Assembly: GCA_035701115.1 (NCBI GenBank)
Contig: DASSOA010000158.1
Span: 1-62,438, forward strand
Direction of reading: 5' to 3'
DNA length: 62,438 nt
DNA from: Gammaproteobacteria bacterium
Lineage (GTDB): Bacteria; Pseudomonadota; Gammaproteobacteria; Natronospirales; REEB76
Shown in pieces: positions 18,175 through 29,909 of the stretch (its first letter is position 1; every line of letters begins with the position of its first letter). The position numbers and the translations under genes were made by a program. The notes under the pieces are model-generated. The model was not told the origin of the DNA. It did not search any database and was given only the letters and a program-made list of their open reading frames with translations.

Positions 18175-18199
18175 CGCAGCCCCGGTTATCGGGGCTGCG
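18175..18199 (+). terminator. Stem-loop between rpsB and tsf (possible attenuator or partial terminator)
   Basis: CGCAGCCCCG-gttat-CGGGGCTGCG: 10-bp GC-rich stem, 5-nt loop, no clear U-tract. Confidence 0.4.
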
Positions 18200-18221
18200 C
18201 ACAACATTTCAGGTTGAAGGC

Positions 18222-19097
18222 ATGACAATCACAGCATCATTAGTCAAAGAACTGCGCGAGCGCACCGGCGCCGGCATGATGGAGTGCAAGAAAGCGCTCA
18301 CCGAAACCCACGGCGACATTGACGCTGCCATCGAGAATATGCGCAAGGCGGGCCTGGCCAAGGCCGACAAGAAGGCAGGACGCGTGGCCGCGGAAGGCCG
18401 GATCGCCATGGAACTAGGCGGTGATGCCGCGTCAATGGTCGAAGTGAACTGCGAAACCGATTTCGTTGCCAACGGCGACGAGTTTGGAGCGTTTGCCGCC
18501 GCTGTCGCGAAACTGGTTCTCAGCGGCAGGCCGCAGGACGCCGAGGCATTGAATGAGATGACGCTTGCCGACGGCAGAACCGCCGACACGGCGCGTCGTG
18601 AACTGGTGGCGAAGATCGGCGAGAACATCAGTGTGCGCCGATTCGAATACTTCAGGACCGGCACCAACCAGCTTGGCGCATACATGCACGGCACCCGTAT
18701 CGGGGTGCTGGTGGAAATGGACGGCGGCAGTGCGGAGCTGGCCAAGGACATTGCCATGCACATTGCCGCAAGCAAGCCGCTGTGCGTGAAACCGGACGAT
18801 GTGCCGTCGGACGTGCTGGACAAGGAGCGGGAGATTATCCGTGCACAGTCGGCGGACAGCGGCAAGCCGGAAGCCATCATCGAGAAGATGGTGGAAGGGC
18901 GTATCCGGAAGTATCTCGCCGAGATCACGCTGCTGGGTCAGCCGTTCGTGAAGGATCCCGACCAGACGGTCGAAAAGCTGCTGGCCAAGGCCGGCGCCAG
19001 GGTGCTGAGATTCGTGCGTTTCGAAGTGGGCGAAGGGATCGAAAAGAAGCAGGAAGACTTCGCTGCCGAGGTCATGGCGCAGGCCAGCAAGGCCTGA
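18222..19097 (+). CDS. tsf: Translation elongation factor Ts
   Basis: 291 aa. [26 protein letters not shown]... is the canonical UBA-like N-terminus. Confidence 0.96.
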   Translation: MTITASLVKELRERTGAGMMECKKALTETHGDIDAAIENMRKAGLAKADKKAGRVAAEGRIAMELGGDAASMVEVNCETDFVANGDEFGAFAAAVAKLVLSGRPQDAEALNEMTLADGRTADTARRELVAKIGENISVRRFEYFRTGTNQLGAYMHGTRIGVLVEMDGGSAELAKDIAMHIAASKPLCVKPDDVPSDVLDKEREIIRAQSADSGKPEAIIEKMVEGRIRKYLAEITLLGQPFVKDPDQTVEKLLAKAGARVLRFVRFEVGEGIEKKQEDFAAEVMAQASKA

Positions 19098-19144
19098 TGC
19101 CTGCGGGCGGGCGCCCGCCGTTTACGGTACAATCCGGCAATCCG

Positions 19145-19167
19145 AGAGCCCCGCTTCGCGGGGCTCT
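19145..19167 (+). terminator. GC-rich hairpin after tsf (possible terminator)
   Basis: AGAGCCCCGC-ttc-GCGGGGCTCT: 9-10-bp stem. It is followed by gcatatcc, not a U-tract. Confidence 0.4.
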
Positions 19168-19201
19168 GCATATCCTGTCCGCAAAGCGTACGTTATAAAC
19201 G

Positions 19202-19939
19202 ATGTCGAACCAGACACCTGCCTACCGACGCATCCTCCTGAAACTGAGCGGCGAAGCGCTCATGGGCAACGCCGATTACGGCATTGATCCCCAGGTTATC
19301 CGCCGCGTCGCCGAGGAAATTCGCGAGGTGCGGGACCTTGGCGTTCAGGTCGGCGTCGTAATTGGCGGCGGCAACATCTTCCGGGGCGCGGGCCTTGCCG
19401 GCTCCGGCATGGATCGGGTAACGGCCGATCACATGGGCATGCTGGCGACGCTGATGAACGCGCTGGCACTGCAGGACGCGCTGGAACGGCTCGGCGTATT
19501 TGTGCGCGTGATGTCCGGCATGAGCGTCAACGCCGTGTCCGAAGACTATATCCGCCGTCGCGCGGTGCGCCATCTCGAGAAAGGCCGCGTGTGCATTTTC
19601 GCAGCGGGCACCGGCAACCCGTTTTTCACGACCGACACGGCGGCGGCGCTGCGAGCAACGGAGATCGGCGCCGATCTGCTGCTCAAGGCAACCAAGGTGG
19701 ATGGCGTCTATTCCGCTGATCCCAAGCACAATCCCAAAGCAGTGCGTTATCCTCACCTGACGTTTGACCAGATTCTGGCCGACAAGTTGATGGTGATGGA
19801 TGCGACTGCCATTGTCATGTGCCGTGACAACAACATTCCATTGCGGGTTTTCGATCTCAATCGTCCCGGGGATCTGATGCGCATCATGCTCGGCGCCAAG
19901 GATGTCGGGACGCAGGTAGATAATGGAGAAGAACAATGA
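19202..19939 (+). CDS. pyrH: UMP kinase
   Basis: 245 aa. ...[13 protein letters not shown]...GGGNIFRG... Confidence 0.95.
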   Translation: MSNQTPAYRRILLKLSGEALMGNADYGIDPQVIRRVAEEIREVRDLGVQVGVVIGGGNIFRGAGLAGSGMDRVTADHMGMLATLMNALALQDALERLGVFVRVMSGMSVNAVSEDYIRRRAVRHLEKGRVCIFAAGTGNPFFTTDTAAALRATEIGADLLLKATKVDGVYSADPKHNPKAVRYPHLTFDQILADKLMVMDATAIVMCRDNNIPLRVFDLNRPGDLMRIMLGAKDVGTQVDNGEEQ

Positions 19940-20493
19940 TTGACGACATCAAAAAAGATGCAACCGCACGCATGCACAAGAGTGTGGAAGCGCTGAAAGA
20001 AGGTCTGTCGAAACTGCGTACCGGCCGTGCTCACACCAGTCTGCTTGATCATATTCGGGTGTCGTACTACGGCAATGAGGTGCCGTTGAACCAGGTCGCG
20101 AATATTGCGACGGCTGACGCCCGTACGCTTACCATTACGCCGTGGGAAAAGCAGATGGTTTCCGTGATCGAGAAGGCGATAATGACGTCGGATCTCGGGC
20201 TGATGCCGGCCACGTCAGGAACCCTGATTCGCGTGCCGATGCCGGCACTCACCGAAGAACGCCGTCGTGAAATCATCAAGGTTGCGCGTCAGGAAGCCGA
20301 AACCGCGCGCGTCGCAGTGCGCAATGTCCGGCGCGATTCCAATACGGAACTCAAGAGCCTCGTCAAGGACAAAAAAGTCACCGAGGACGATGAGCGTCGT
20401 GCACAGGATGAGATACAGAAACTTACCGATCAGCATATCGCGAATATCGACAAGATACTGGCGACGAAGGAAGCTGAATTGCTGGAAGTCTGA
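19936..20493 (+). CDS. frr: Ribosome recycling factor
   Basis: 185 aa. ...[15 protein letters not shown]...ITPWE...; ATGA overlap with pyrH. Confidence 0.96.
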   Translation: MIDDIKKDATARMHKSVEALKEGLSKLRTGRAHTSLLDHIRVSYYGNEVPLNQVANIATADARTLTITPWEKQMVSVIEKAIMTSDLGLMPATSGTLIRVPMPALTEERRREIIKVARQEAETARVAVRNVRRDSNTELKSLVKDKKVTEDDERRAQDEIQKLTDQHIANIDKILATKEAELLEV

Positions 20494-20540
20494 GCGCGTC
20501 GTTAAGCGGCGTGGTGTATTGCTGGACGGTGGCCGATTGC

Positions 20541-21287
20541 ATGACTGACTCTTCCGTAACCAGGCTGCCGGTCCACATTGCCATCATCATGGACGGGAAC
20601 GGACGCTGGGCCAAACGGCGTCATCTGCCGCGCGGTGCGGGACACAAGGCGGGCCTGACAGCGGCACGGCGTACAATCGAACGCTGCGGAGAACTCCGGA
20701 TCAAGGCGCTTACGCTGTTCGCATTCAGCAGCGAAAACTGGCGGCGTCCCGATGCCGAGGTTGGCGGGCTCATGGAACTGTTCATGACCGCGCTGCAGAC
20801 CGAGGTTGAAAAGCTGCACCGGAATCAGGTAAAGGTCCGTTTCATCGGCGATCTTGGCGTATTCTCACCGGCACTGCGCGAGGCGATGCTGCATACCCAT
20901 CAGCTTACGGATACGAACGCCGGAATGCAGTTGAATATCGCTGTCGGTTACGGTGGGCGCTGGGATATCGTCCAGGCGGCCCGTTTGCTTGCGGAACAGG
21001 TGGCGAACGGCAAACGCGAGGTGTCGGAAATCGATGAGCAGCTGCTCGGTTCGGCGCTCGCCCTGGGTGGTTGCCCTGATCCCGATTTGTTCATACGCAC
21101 AGGCGGAGAACACCGCATCAGCAATTTTCTGCTCTGGAATCTTGCTTACACCGAGCTTTACTTCACGGAATTGCTGTGGCCGGACTTCGATGCCGAGGCG
21201 CTCGACAGCGCAATTGAGTGGTTTGCCGGGCGCGAGCGGCGTTTCGGATTGACATCCGAGCAGGTGCGCGGAGCGGGACATGCTTAA
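20541..21287 (+). CDS. uppS: Di-trans,poly-cis-undecaprenyl-diphosphate synthase
   Basis: ...PVHIAIIMDGNGRWA...FAFSSENWRRP...RTGGEHRISNFLLWNLAYTELYF... I prefer the ATG at 20541 over 20511. Confidence 0.94.
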   Translation: MTDSSVTRLPVHIAIIMDGNGRWAKRRHLPRGAGHKAGLTAARRTIERCGELRIKALTLFAFSSENWRRPDAEVGGLMELFMTALQTEVEKLHRNQVKVRFIGDLGVFSPALREAMLHTHQLTDTNAGMQLNIAVGYGGRWDIVQAARLLAEQVANGKREVSEIDEQLLGSALALGGCPDPDLFIRTGGEHRISNFLLWNLAYTELYFTELLWPDFDAEALDSAIEWFAGRERRFGLTSEQVRGAGHA

Positions 21288-22086
21288 GCAGCGCATTATC
21301 ACCGCCATTATTCTCCTGCCGATCGCCGTCGGGCTGATCCTGTATGCGCCGCTTGCATGGCTGGCCGCGGCACTGCTGCTTGTGGTTGCGCTCGGCGCAC
21401 ACGAATGGGCCGCGTTAGCCGGCTACTCCGGAGAGGCCGGTCGCATCGCCTATGTCGCGGCGACCCTGGCGTGGTGCGGCGCTCTATATATGTTGGGGCG
21501 CTATGCCGATTGGCTTTCTGTGATGTGGCCGACGATGATTGCGGCGGCGATCTGGTGGATTTCGATCCTGGTCTGGATCGCATTCCGGCGGCGTTCGGTA
21601 CCACGCTCCATCAAGGCCGTTTGCGGCTGGCTGACCCTCGTCCCCGCACTGTTTGCAGCGGTTGCCATTGCCGCCTACCGCCCGGCGTTGCTGCTGTGGC
21701 TGTTTGCGATTATCTGGGCGGCGGACATCGGCGCCTATTTCGCCGGCAAGGCGTTTGGCAGGCACAAGCTGGCGCCGGAAGTAAGTCCGGGCAAGACCTG
21801 GGAAGGCATTGCCGGTGGAACACTGGCCATGCTGATTGTGGCGCTCTGCGGCTGGTGGTGGCTGACGTCACGCACCCAACCGGTATTGATCGCGATTTGC
21901 CTGCTAACAGGCTGGCTGTCGGTAGTCGGGGATTTGAGCGAAAGTCTGCTCAAGCGTCAGGCCGGGGCCAAAGACAGCGGCACGTTGTTTCCCGGGCACG
22001 GTGGCGTGCTGGACCGCGTTGACAGCCTCACGGCAGCGGCACCCTTTTTCTGGATCGGATTGAAACTCGCCGGGTGGCTGGTGTGA
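21280..22086 (+). CDS. cdsA: Phosphatidate cytidylyltransferase
   Basis: 268-aa polytopic membrane protein with the C-terminal signature ...[28 protein letters not shown]... Confidence 0.93.
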   Translation: MLKQRIITAIILLPIAVGLILYAPLAWLAAALLLVVALGAHEWAALAGYSGEAGRIAYVAATLAWCGALYMLGRYADWLSVMWPTMIAAAIWWISILVWIAFRRRSVPRSIKAVCGWLTLVPALFAAVAIAAYRPALLLWLFAIIWAADIGAYFAGKAFGRHKLAPEVSPGKTWEGIAGGTLAMLIVALCGWWWLTSRTQPVLIAICLLTGWLSVVGDLSESLLKRQAGAKDSGTLFPGHGGVLDRVDSLTAAAPFFWIGLKLAGWLV

Positions 22087-23267
22087 TCGGTGTAACGGTG
22101 CTGGGATCCACCGGCAGCATCGGCGTCAACACGCTCGACGTGATTGGCAGACACCGGGACAAATACCGGGTTGTCGCGCTGACTGCACACAGCGACGTTG
22201 ACGGTTTGTTTCGTCAGTGTCTGCAATACCAGCCTGCTGCAGCTGTCATGGTTGCGGAACATGCAGCCGCGCAATTGCGCAAGCTGGTGCAAGAGGCTGG
22301 TCTGCCAACCGAAGTCCTTTCAGGAGAAGCTTCCCTGGCAGATGTGGCGCGTGCAGCGGATTCGCAATGTGTGATGGCGGCAATCGTCGGCGCAGCCGGT
22401 TTGTTGCCGACGCTCGCCGCGGTACGGGCGGGAAAGCGCGTGCTGCTGGCGAACAAGGAAGCGCTGGTCATGGCCGGACATCTGTTCATGAATGAGGTCG
22501 GACAATACGGCGCCGAGCTGATTCCGATAGACAGCGAGCACAACGCGCTCTTTCAGTGCATGCCGGCCCGATACCGGAGTGGAAACTGGCCGCACGGCGT
22601 AAGACGCATTCTGTTGACGGCCTCGGGCGGTCCGTTCCGGAGCTGGCCTCTGGAACGACTTGCGGCGGCAACACCTGCGCAGGCGTGCAGTCATCCGAAC
22701 TGGGTGATGGGACGCAAGATTTCGGTCGACTCTGCCACCATGATGAACAAGGGTCTGGAAGTTATCGAGGCCTGCTGGTTGTTCGGAGCCGAACCGGCGC
22801 GGGTTGAGGTAGTGGTGCACCCGCAGAGTGTGATTCATTCGCTGGTCGAATATGACGACGGTTCGGTGCTGGCACAACTCGGAAATCCGGATATGCGTAC
22901 ACCGATCGCGTGCGGCCTGGCGTGGCCCGATCGTCTTGATGCGGGCGTTGAACCGCTGGATCTGTTTGCGTTGGCACGCATGGATTTCGAAGCGCCTGAT
23001 CTGGAGCGTTTCCCGTGTCTCCGGCTTGCAATGCAGGCTGCTGCAACGGGCGGCAATGCGCCGGTGGTCTTGAACGCCGCCAATGAAGTGGCAGTCGCCG
23101 CATTTCTCGAGGAGCGGATCGGATTTACGGCCATTGCCGAAGTTGTGGACCATGCGCTGGAACAAGTGCGCCACGCGCCGATGGATACGCTGGATAGCGT
23201 ATTGGCGTGCGACAGCGAAACCCGGCGCATTGCGATGGATGCCATTGCCCGGATGCTTGCCGAATGA
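22083..23267 (+). CDS. dxr: 1-deoxy-D-xylulose 5-phosphate reductoisomerase
   Basis: ...[17 protein letters not shown]...LANKE...DSEH...NKGLEVIEA... The GTG at 22083 overlaps the cdsA stop (GTGA). The track start at 22074 is also possible. Confidence 0.94.
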   Translation: MIGVTVLGSTGSIGVNTLDVIGRHRDKYRVVALTAHSDVDGLFRQCLQYQPAAAVMVAEHAAAQLRKLVQEAGLPTEVLSGEASLADVARAADSQCVMAAIVGAAGLLPTLAAVRAGKRVLLANKEALVMAGHLFMNEVGQYGAELIPIDSEHNALFQCMPARYRSGNWPHGVRRILLTASGGPFRSWPLERLAAATPAQACSHPNWVMGRKISVDSATMMNKGLEVIEACWLFGAEPARVEVVVHPQSVIHSLVEYDDGSVLAQLGNPDMRTPIACGLAWPDRLDAGVEPLDLFALARMDFEAPDLERFPCLRLAMQAAATGGNAPVVLNAANEVAVAAFLEERIGFTAIAEVVDHALEQVRHAPMDTLDSVLACDSETRRIAMDAIARMLAE

Positions 23268-24628
23268 CTTTTGTGATCAGTCTGCTGGCCTTCATCGTGG
23301 CAATCGGCGTGCTGGTAACGGTGCACGAGTTTGGTCACTTCGTTACCGCACGCATGCTTGGAATCCGGGTGTTGAGATTTTCTGTGGGCTTCGGCAAACC
23401 GCTGTATACGTGGCGCCGCCGCGAAGATCCGACCGAATACGTTGTTGCAGCGCTGCCGCTCGGCGGCTATGTGAAGATGCTCGACGAGCGGGAAGGCGAT
23501 GTGGCTGCGGCCGATCTGCCGTTTGCATTCAACCGGCAGCCGTTACGCAAGCGTTTTGCGGTCGTGATCGCGGGGCCGGCGTTCAACCTGATATTCGCAT
23601 TGCTTGCCTACTGGGCGGTTTTCATGATCGGGGTGCCCGGCATCAAACCGGTGGTGGGCGATGTACGCTCCGGCTCGATTGCCGCAGCGGCGGGCTTCGC
23701 GAAGGAGGATCAGATTGTCAGCGTCGATGGTGAACCCACGCCGACCTGGGAAACGGCGTTGCTGCGCCTGTTCGAGGGGGTGATGCAGGGCGGCGCGGTG
23801 CCGGTTGGGGTGGTCACGCCCGCAGGCGTGGAGAAGACCTTGACGCTGCACGTTGATGACCCAAGAGCGTTGACGGAACCGGGCAAGCTGCTCGACGGCC
23901 TGGGGTTGAGCCAGTGGGTGCCGGCCATTCCGCCCGTGTTGGACAAGATAGAGCCCGGCGGGACTGCTGCGGCGGCAGGACTGCAGAGCGGTGACAAGAT
24001 AATCAGCGCAGGGGGTACGGTGGTGGCCAGCTGGCAACAGCTGGTGAAAATACTGCAGGCGTCGCCCGGAAAAACGCTCGACATCGTGGTTGATCGGGGC
24101 GGGCGCACACTGGCGCTCGGATTACCGGTGGGAATACAGCATACCGAAGCCGGCAAGGACATCGGGCATATTGGTGCCACCGTGCGGATTCCGGCCGATT
24201 TTGGCGCCCGATTGCGCGCGGAACAACGGTATAATCCCGCGGTCGCATTATGGCATGCCGCCACGCGGACAGCCGGGATGTGCTGGCTGACTCTGGCTGC
24301 CGCCGGAAACATGGTCCTCGGCAATGTCTCATGGCATAACCTGAGCGGGCCGATCGACATCGCCCAGTACGCCGGTTATTCGGCACAGGGTGGGCTGGTG
24401 CCATTCCTGATGTTTCTGGCCATCGTGAGTATCAGTCTCGGGGTGCTCAATCTGTTGCCGATCCCGCTGCTGGATGGCGGGCACGTACTTTATTACGCAG
24501 TGGAACTGGTGAAGGGAACTCCAGTTTCGCAGCAAACCGAGATAATCGGCCAACGAGTGGGTATCGCATTGCTGCTCATGCTGATGATATTTGCGGTGTA
24601 CAACGATCTGAGTCGTCTGTTCAACTGA
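23264..24628 (+). CDS. rseP: Sigma-E protease RseP (site-2 zinc metalloprotease)
   Basis: [26 protein letters not shown] (HExxH), two PDZ regions, and C-terminal [12 protein letters not shown]. The ATG at 23264 overlaps the dxr stop (ATGA). The track start at 23207 is over-extended. Confidence 0.94.
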   Translation: MTFVISLLAFIVAIGVLVTVHEFGHFVTARMLGIRVLRFSVGFGKPLYTWRRREDPTEYVVAALPLGGYVKMLDEREGDVAAADLPFAFNRQPLRKRFAVVIAGPAFNLIFALLAYWAVFMIGVPGIKPVVGDVRSGSIAAAAGFAKEDQIVSVDGEPTPTWETALLRLFEGVMQGGAVPVGVVTPAGVEKTLTLHVDDPRALTEPGKLLDGLGLSQWVPAIPPVLDKIEPGGTAAAAGLQSGDKIISAGGTVVASWQQLVKILQASPGKTLDIVVDRGGRTLALGLPVGIQHTEAGKDIGHIGATVRIPADFGARLRAEQRYNPAVALWHAATRTAGMCWLTLAAAGNMVLGNVSWHNLSGPIDIAQYAGYSAQGGLVPFLMFLAIVSISLGVLNLLPIPLLDGGHVLYYAVELVKGTPVSQQTEIIGQRVGIALLLMLMIFAVYNDLSRLFN

Positions 24629-24639
24629 GGAGATCGCAA

Positions 24640-27027
24640 TTGGAATTTCTACGCCGCGCCGGGATGATCCTGGCCACCCTGACGTTCCTGGCAATGACTC
24701 CTTCGCTGGCGTGGGCGGACAATTCTTTCGTCGTCAAGAAAATCGAGATTGCTGGCCTGCAACGCATCTCCGAGGGCACGGTCTACGATTATCTGCCGAT
24801 CAACATCGGTGACCGTGTGGACGGTACACGCGTTCAAGAGGCAATCCGCGCGCTTTACAAGACGGGATTCTTCCGCGATATCCAGATGCGCCGCGATGGC
24901 GATACGCTGATTATCGTCGTCAAGGAGCGCCCGTCTATCGCATATTTCACGGTAACCGGCAACAAGCTGATCAAATCGGATGACCTCAACAAGACGCTGC
25001 AGAAAATCGGACTTTCTCAGGGGCAGATATTCAACCGGGTTACGCTTGACCAGTTCAAGCAGCAACTCATGGATGAATATTACAGCCACGGAAACTATGG
25101 CGTCATAATCAATTCTGACGTCAAGGACGTGGGCGAGAACCGGATCGGTGTCAACGTCAACATCAAGGAAGGGCGCCCCGCGAAAATTCGTGCCATCAAT
25201 ATAGTCGGTAACCACGTGTTTTCTGAGGACGAGCTGCGCGACGTATTCAAGCTCAAGATCGAGAGTTTCTGGACATTCTGGGGAAGTGATGACGAATACG
25301 CGCGAGAAAAACTGGTCGGTGATCTTGAGTCGCTGCGTTCTTTCTATATGGATCAGGGCTATGCCGATTTCAGTATAGATTCCACGCAGGTTGCCATTTC
25401 ACCCGATCGCAACAGCGTTTACATCACCGTCAATATTACCGAGGGCCAGGTATACAAGGTCAAGGATGTCAAACTTACCGGCCAGTTTGTGGTTCCGGAG
25501 TCGGTCCTCAAACAGTATGTACTTGTAAAACCGGGCGACACGTTCTCGCTGAAACGGGCTACGACGACTTCGGATCTGATCCGTAAGCGCCTGGGAATTG
25601 ATGGCTATGCATTTGCACAGGTAAATTCGGTACCCGATATTGATCGCGTGCACAAGACGGTCTCGCTCACTTTTGTGGTGGACCCGGGTGACAGGGTATA
25701 TGTCAGGCACATCAATTTCAGCGGCAGTACCGCGACGGATGAACAGGTGTTCAGACGTGAAATGCGGCAACTGGAAGGTACATGGCTTTCAAGTGTGGAC
25801 GCGGAGCGCTCGCGCGTTCGTCTGGAGCGCCTGCCATGGGTGGAATCCGCCAAGGTCAACACGGATCGTGTTCCGGGGACCAACGACCAGGTGGATCTGG
25901 ATTTTGATATCAAGGAACGCCCCGGCGGCACAGCGTCCATCGGTCTCGGCTACGGCAGTCAGTCCGGTTTCATAATTGACGGTCAGATCGTAAATGCCAA
26001 CTTCATGGGCACCGGTGAACGGTTGTCGGTGAATGCGAACCGAAGCTACATCGGCCACAGTTATTCCTTCAGTTTTACTGATCCCTATTACACAGTTGAT
26101 GGTGTAAGCCGGACAATCGGCCTGTTCGGTAGCCGTATTTCGCAGTTGACTGTCAACAGTTCTCCGTTTACCACCAAGAGTTTTGGCGGCAATCTCAGTT
26201 TCAATATTCCGCTATCGGAATACAGCGCGTGGGGCGTGGGATTTACCTACAGTCATAACGAGCTTACATCACAGGTAGGTACATCAAAGGAAATCATTTC
26301 GTTCTTGCAGGATCCGGCTAACGGCAGTGTTTTCTATCTCCAGCAGACCTGTCAGGATCCACTGCTGGGATTCGCGTTCGATTGCCTCATGCCGGGGTTG
26401 CGCTACAACACCCTTGAAACCCAGTTGAGCTATGCGCACGACACGCGAAACCGGGTCATTTTCCCGGACAACGGCGCGCGGGAAAGCATAAGCCTAACCA
26501 CTGCGGTGCCGGGCGGTGACCTCAGGTACTATATTCTGCAGTACGATCAGCTGGCTTTTATTCCCTTGTTCAAGGGCTTTATCTACGGGATCAATGGCGA
26601 GCTGGATTACGGATCGGCATATGGGAAATCAAGGACATATCCGCCGTTCAAGAACTTCTTTGCCGGCGGCCCCGATACGGTGAGAGGCTGGCAACCCGGA
26701 ACGCTGGGTCCTTACGATTCAAGCGGATACTATCCGCTGGGCGGCCGGGCGATGGCGTATCTTCAGAACGAGCTCATTCTGCCGCACTTTGGCTCGAAGA
26801 GCGGATCGGAAAGCGGCTCAAGCCGGTACGCTTTGTTTTTCGACGCCGGCAATGTATTCAGCAATCCTGGAGATTTCCGCTGGCGTGACCTGCGCATGTC
26901 GGCCGGTGTCGCGGCCACGTTCCTGACGCCACTGGGGGCCATGAAATTCAGCTATGCTTTCCCGTTGAACCCGAAGCCCGGGGACAAGACCGAGCGTTTC
27001 CAGTTCACGTTGGGGACCTATTACTAA
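24640..27027 (+). CDS. bamA: Outer membrane protein assembly factor BamA
   Basis: 795 aa. Signal peptide ...MTPSLAWA, POTRA repeats, and a C-terminal beta-barrel ending ...FQFTLGTYY. TTG start with GAGGAG 7 nt upstream. Confidence 0.95.
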   Translation: MEFLRRAGMILATLTFLAMTPSLAWADNSFVVKKIEIAGLQRISEGTVYDYLPINIGDRVDGTRVQEAIRALYKTGFFRDIQMRRDGDTLIIVVKERPSIAYFTVTGNKLIKSDDLNKTLQKIGLSQGQIFNRVTLDQFKQQLMDEYYSHGNYGVIINSDVKDVGENRIGVNVNIKEGRPAKIRAINIVGNHVFSEDELRDVFKLKIESFWTFWGSDDEYAREKLVGDLESLRSFYMDQGYADFSIDSTQVAISPDRNSVYITVNITEGQVYKVKDVKLTGQFVVPESVLKQYVLVKPGDTFSLKRATTTSDLIRKRLGIDGYAFAQVNSVPDIDRVHKTVSLTFVVDPGDRVYVRHINFSGSTATDEQVFRREMRQLEGTWLSSVDAERSRVRLERLPWVESAKVNTDRVPGTNDQVDLDFDIKERPGGTASIGLGYGSQSGFIIDGQIVNANFMGTGERLSVNANRSYIGHSYSFSFTDPYYTVDGVSRTIGLFGSRISQLTVNSSPFTTKSFGGNLSFNIPLSEYSAWGVGFTYSHNELTSQVGTSKEIISFLQDPANGSVFYLQQTCQDPLLGFAFDCLMPGLRYNTLETQLSYAHDTRNRVIFPDNGARESISLTTAVPGGDLRYYILQYDQLAFIPLFKGFIYGINGELDYGSAYGKSRTYPPFKNFFAGGPDTVRGWQPGTLGPYDSSGYYPLGGRAMAYLQNELILPHFGSKSGSESGSSRYALFFDAGNVFSNPGDFRWRDLRMSAGVAATFLTPLGAMKFSYAFPLNPKPGDKTERFQFTLGTYY

Positions 27028-27050
27028 ATTTGTCTTGGAGTGGAAGTGTC

Positions 27051-27593
27051 ATGAAAACTTTTTCAATTCCGGTACTGCTGTTGTGCGTCATTGCAAATCT
27101 TGCCTGGGCGGGCCCGGCAGCCGGAGCGGAACTCCGCGTTGGCGTTGTAAGCATGGCACGGTTGCTGCAGCAATCGCCGCAGGCCGAAGCGGCCCAGAAA
27201 GACATGGCGAAGAAATTTGGGGGGCGCCAGAAGGAACTGCTGGCGGAACAGGACAAGATCAAGAACCTGCAGGACAAGATCAACAAGAACGGGGCGGTTA
27301 TGAGTTCGAGCCAGTTGCAGGATCTGCAGAGTCAGCTGGATGATCTGCAGCGGGATTTCAACCGGAAGCAAAGCGATTATCTCGATGACGTCAATGAGCA
27401 GCGCAATGAGGAATTGGGCAAATTGCAGCACGTCATTGTTGAGGCGGTGCAGGCATTTGCCAAACAGAACAAATACAACCTGATCATTGGTGAAGGGGTG
27501 TTCTACGCGGATGGCACAGTTGATGTGACGGATCAGGTTCTGGCCCAACTGCAGAAAAACTTTCAGGCAAAAGGTTCAAAATCAGGGCAATAA
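27051..27593 (+). CDS. skp: Periplasmic chaperone Skp (OmpH)
   Basis: MKTFSIPVLLLCVIANLAWA signal peptide, coiled-coil-rich body, and position between bamA and lpxD. Confidence 0.9.
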   Translation: MKTFSIPVLLLCVIANLAWAGPAAGAELRVGVVSMARLLQQSPQAEAAQKDMAKKFGGRQKELLAEQDKIKNLQDKINKNGAVMSSSQLQDLQSQLDDLQRDFNRKQSDYLDDVNEQRNEELGKLQHVIVEAVQAFAKQNKYNLIIGEGVFYADGTVDVTDQVLAQLQKNFQAKGSKSGQ

Positions 27594-27612
27594 ACTGCCC
27601 GGGTAGCTGCAA

Positions 27613-28635
27613 ATGGGTGCCGGGTTTACTTTGGCGGAATTGGCGCAGCGGTGCGCCGGCAAAGTGACGGGTGACTCCGCTGTCAGGATACAGCGCGTCG
27701 CAACCCTGCAAAATGCGCAACCGGGCGATATAGCGTTTCTGGCCAATCCGCATTACAGACGTTATTTGAGCTCAACCCGCGCATCCGCGGTGATCGTTGC
27801 GGGTGCCGATGCAGCTTCATGTCCGGCCCCGGCGCTGATTGTTGCGGACCCATATCTGGCCTATGCCCGTGTCGCTGAATTGCTCGCGCCGGCAAAGTTA
27901 TCCAGAAAAGGTGTGGATCCTGCGGCGCACGTGGATCCAAACGCACAAATCCACGCTGATGCCTGGATTGCTCCGGGCGCTGTGGTGGCCGCGGACGCTG
28001 TGGTCGAACGCGGCGTGGAGGTGGGGCCGAATTGCGTCATTCTGGAAGGTGCGCGGATTGGAGAGGGCAGCCGCCTGGTGGCAAGTGTCACGCTGTGCGC
28101 GGGCGTTACAATCGGCAAGCGTGGTTTGGTGCATCCGGGTGTTGTAATCGGTGCGGACGGTTTCGGTATCGCGCGGGACGGTACGGTATGGGTCAAGGTG
28201 CCGCAGTTGGGCTCGGTGAGGATCGGCGACGATGTAGAAATCGGCGCCAACACCACCATTGATCGCGGCGCGCTGGAGGACACCGTTATCGAGGACGGTG
28301 TGAAACTCGACAACCAGATACAGGTTGCGCACAACGTTCGTATTGGCGCACATACGGCAATCGCCGGCTGTACGGCAATTGCAGGGAGCACGGTAATCGG
28401 CAAACGCTGCATGATTGCGGGTGGAGCCGGTATCGCCGGACATCTGGAAATATGTGACGATGTCGTTGTCACCGCCATGACGCTCGTGACGCATTCGATT
28501 CGGCGCGCGGGGGTTTATTCGGGCAGTCTCCCGATTGACGACGCGGCGAAGTGGCGAAAGAACAGCGTTCGCTTCCGGCAGCTTGATGAGATTGCACGCC
28601 GACTGGCAATGGTTGAAAAGAAACTTAAGGATTGA
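27613..28635 (+). CDS. lpxD: UDP-3-O-(3-hydroxyacyl)glucosamine N-acyltransferase
   Basis: 340 aa. N-terminal ...LAEL...[11 protein letters not shown], then left-handed beta-helix hexapeptide repeats. Confidence 0.94.
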   Translation: MGAGFTLAELAQRCAGKVTGDSAVRIQRVATLQNAQPGDIAFLANPHYRRYLSSTRASAVIVAGADAASCPAPALIVADPYLAYARVAELLAPAKLSRKGVDPAAHVDPNAQIHADAWIAPGAVVAADAVVERGVEVGPNCVILEGARIGEGSRLVASVTLCAGVTIGKRGLVHPGVVIGADGFGIARDGTVWVKVPQLGSVRIGDDVEIGANTTIDRGALEDTVIEDGVKLDNQIQVAHNVRIGAHTAIAGCTAIAGSTVIGKRCMIAGGAGIAGHLEICDDVVVTAMTLVTHSIRRAGVYSGSLPIDDAAKWRKNSVRFRQLDEIARRLAMVEKKLKD

Positions 28636-28640
28636 AACTG

Positions 28641-29102
28641 ATGGCCTCCAAAGAAGTGCTGCTGGATATTCATGCGATCATGAAGCAGTTACCGCACCGC
28701 TACCCGTTCCTGCTGGTGGATCGCGTCATAGCGTGCGAACCTGGCAAGACCCTGACAGCGATCAAGAACGTCACAATCAACGAGCCGTTTTTTCCCGGCC
28801 ATTTTCCGCATCGCCCGGTCATGCCAGGCGTGCTGATTCTGGAAGCACTGGCGCAGGCCACGGGGCTTTTGGCATTTGCGACGATCGGCAGCGCTCCTGA
28901 CGCGAACACGCTCTATTACTTTGTTGGCATTGATAACGCCCGCTTCAAGAAACCGGTGGAGCCGGGTGATCAGCTGCACCTTATCGTGGATTATATGTGG
29001 AACAAGCGCGGAGTCTGGCGATTCAAGGCGCGTGCCGAAGTTGATGGAGGCGTGGCCACTGAGGCTGAGCTCATGTGCGCTGCGCGGGAATTCGAGTCTT
29101 GA
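28641..29102 (+). CDS. fabZ: 3-hydroxyacyl-ACP dehydratase FabZ
   Basis: ...[13 protein letters not shown]...[24 protein letters not shown]... I prefer the ATG at 28641 (AAGGA 9 nt upstream) over the TTG at 28632. Confidence 0.95.
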   Translation: MASKEVLLDIHAIMKQLPHRYPFLLVDRVIACEPGKTLTAIKNVTINEPFFPGHFPHRPVMPGVLILEALAQATGLLAFATIGSAPDANTLYYFVGIDNARFKKPVEPGDQLHLIVDYMWNKRGVWRFKARAEVDGGVATEAELMCAAREFES

Positions 29103-29869
29103 TTGACCCACGTGCCGTTGTCGCTCCAGGCGCAGTGCTTGCCGAATCGGTAAGCGTCGGTCCGTTCAGCGTAATCGGGGCGGACGTGGAGATCGGGCCG
29201 GGTACCGTGATTGGTCCGCATGCGGTGATTCAGGGACCTGCCAGGATCGGCCGGGACAACCATGTTCACCAGTTTGCGTCGTTGGGTGGTGCACCGCAGG
29301 ACAAGAAGTATCACGGTGAACCAACACGGCTTGAAATAGGCGATCGCAACACGTTTTTCGAGTATGTCACCGTTAATCGCGGGACCGTACAGGATCGGGG
29401 GGAGACCAGGATCGGCAACGACAACTGGATCATGGCCTATGTTCACATTGCGCATGATTGCGTGCTGCATGACAACATCATCATGGCGAACAATGCGACC
29501 CTCGCGGGCCACATCACGGTTGAAGACTGGGCAATTCTCGGAGGGTTCACCAAGGTCCATCAATTCTGCCGCATCGGCGCCCACAGCTTTACCGGGATGA
29601 ACGTCGACCTGACTCGCGACGTGCCGCCGTATGTCATGGTTTCCGGTACACCGGTGCAGCCGCACGGCATTAACAGCGAAGGACTCAAGCGCCGGGGTTT
29701 CGACGCCGAGCAGTTGCGCAATATCAAGCAGGCCTACAAGATTATCTACCGTTCGGGGTTAAGGCTGGAAGAAGCTCTGGAAAAACTGCGTGCACTTGCG
29801 CAAAGCCAGCCGGAGGTCGCTGTAATGGTGAGGTTCCTCGAAACCAGCGAACGCAGCATCACACGCTGA
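29099..29869 (+). CDS. lpxA: Acyl-ACP--UDP-N-acetylglucosamine O-acyltransferase
   Basis: [27 protein letters not shown]..., hexapeptide repeats and a helical C-terminus. The TTG at 29099 overlaps the fabZ stop and matches the usual LpxA N-terminus (MIDxxAxxHP). The track ATG at 29075 is an alternative. Confidence 0.92.
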   Translation: MIDPRAVVAPGAVLAESVSVGPFSVIGADVEIGPGTVIGPHAVIQGPARIGRDNHVHQFASLGGAPQDKKYHGEPTRLEIGDRNTFFEYVTVNRGTVQDRGETRIGNDNWIMAYVHIAHDCVLHDNIIMANNATLAGHITVEDWAILGGFTKVHQFCRIGAHSFTGMNVDLTRDVPPYVMVSGTPVQPHGINSEGLKRRGFDAEQLRNIKQAYKIIYRSGLRLEEALEKLRALAQSQPEVAVMVRFLETSERSITR

Positions 29870-29909
29870 TGGTGCTTCCATGCAGACAATTCCGCAGAAG
29901 TAGCCAGAA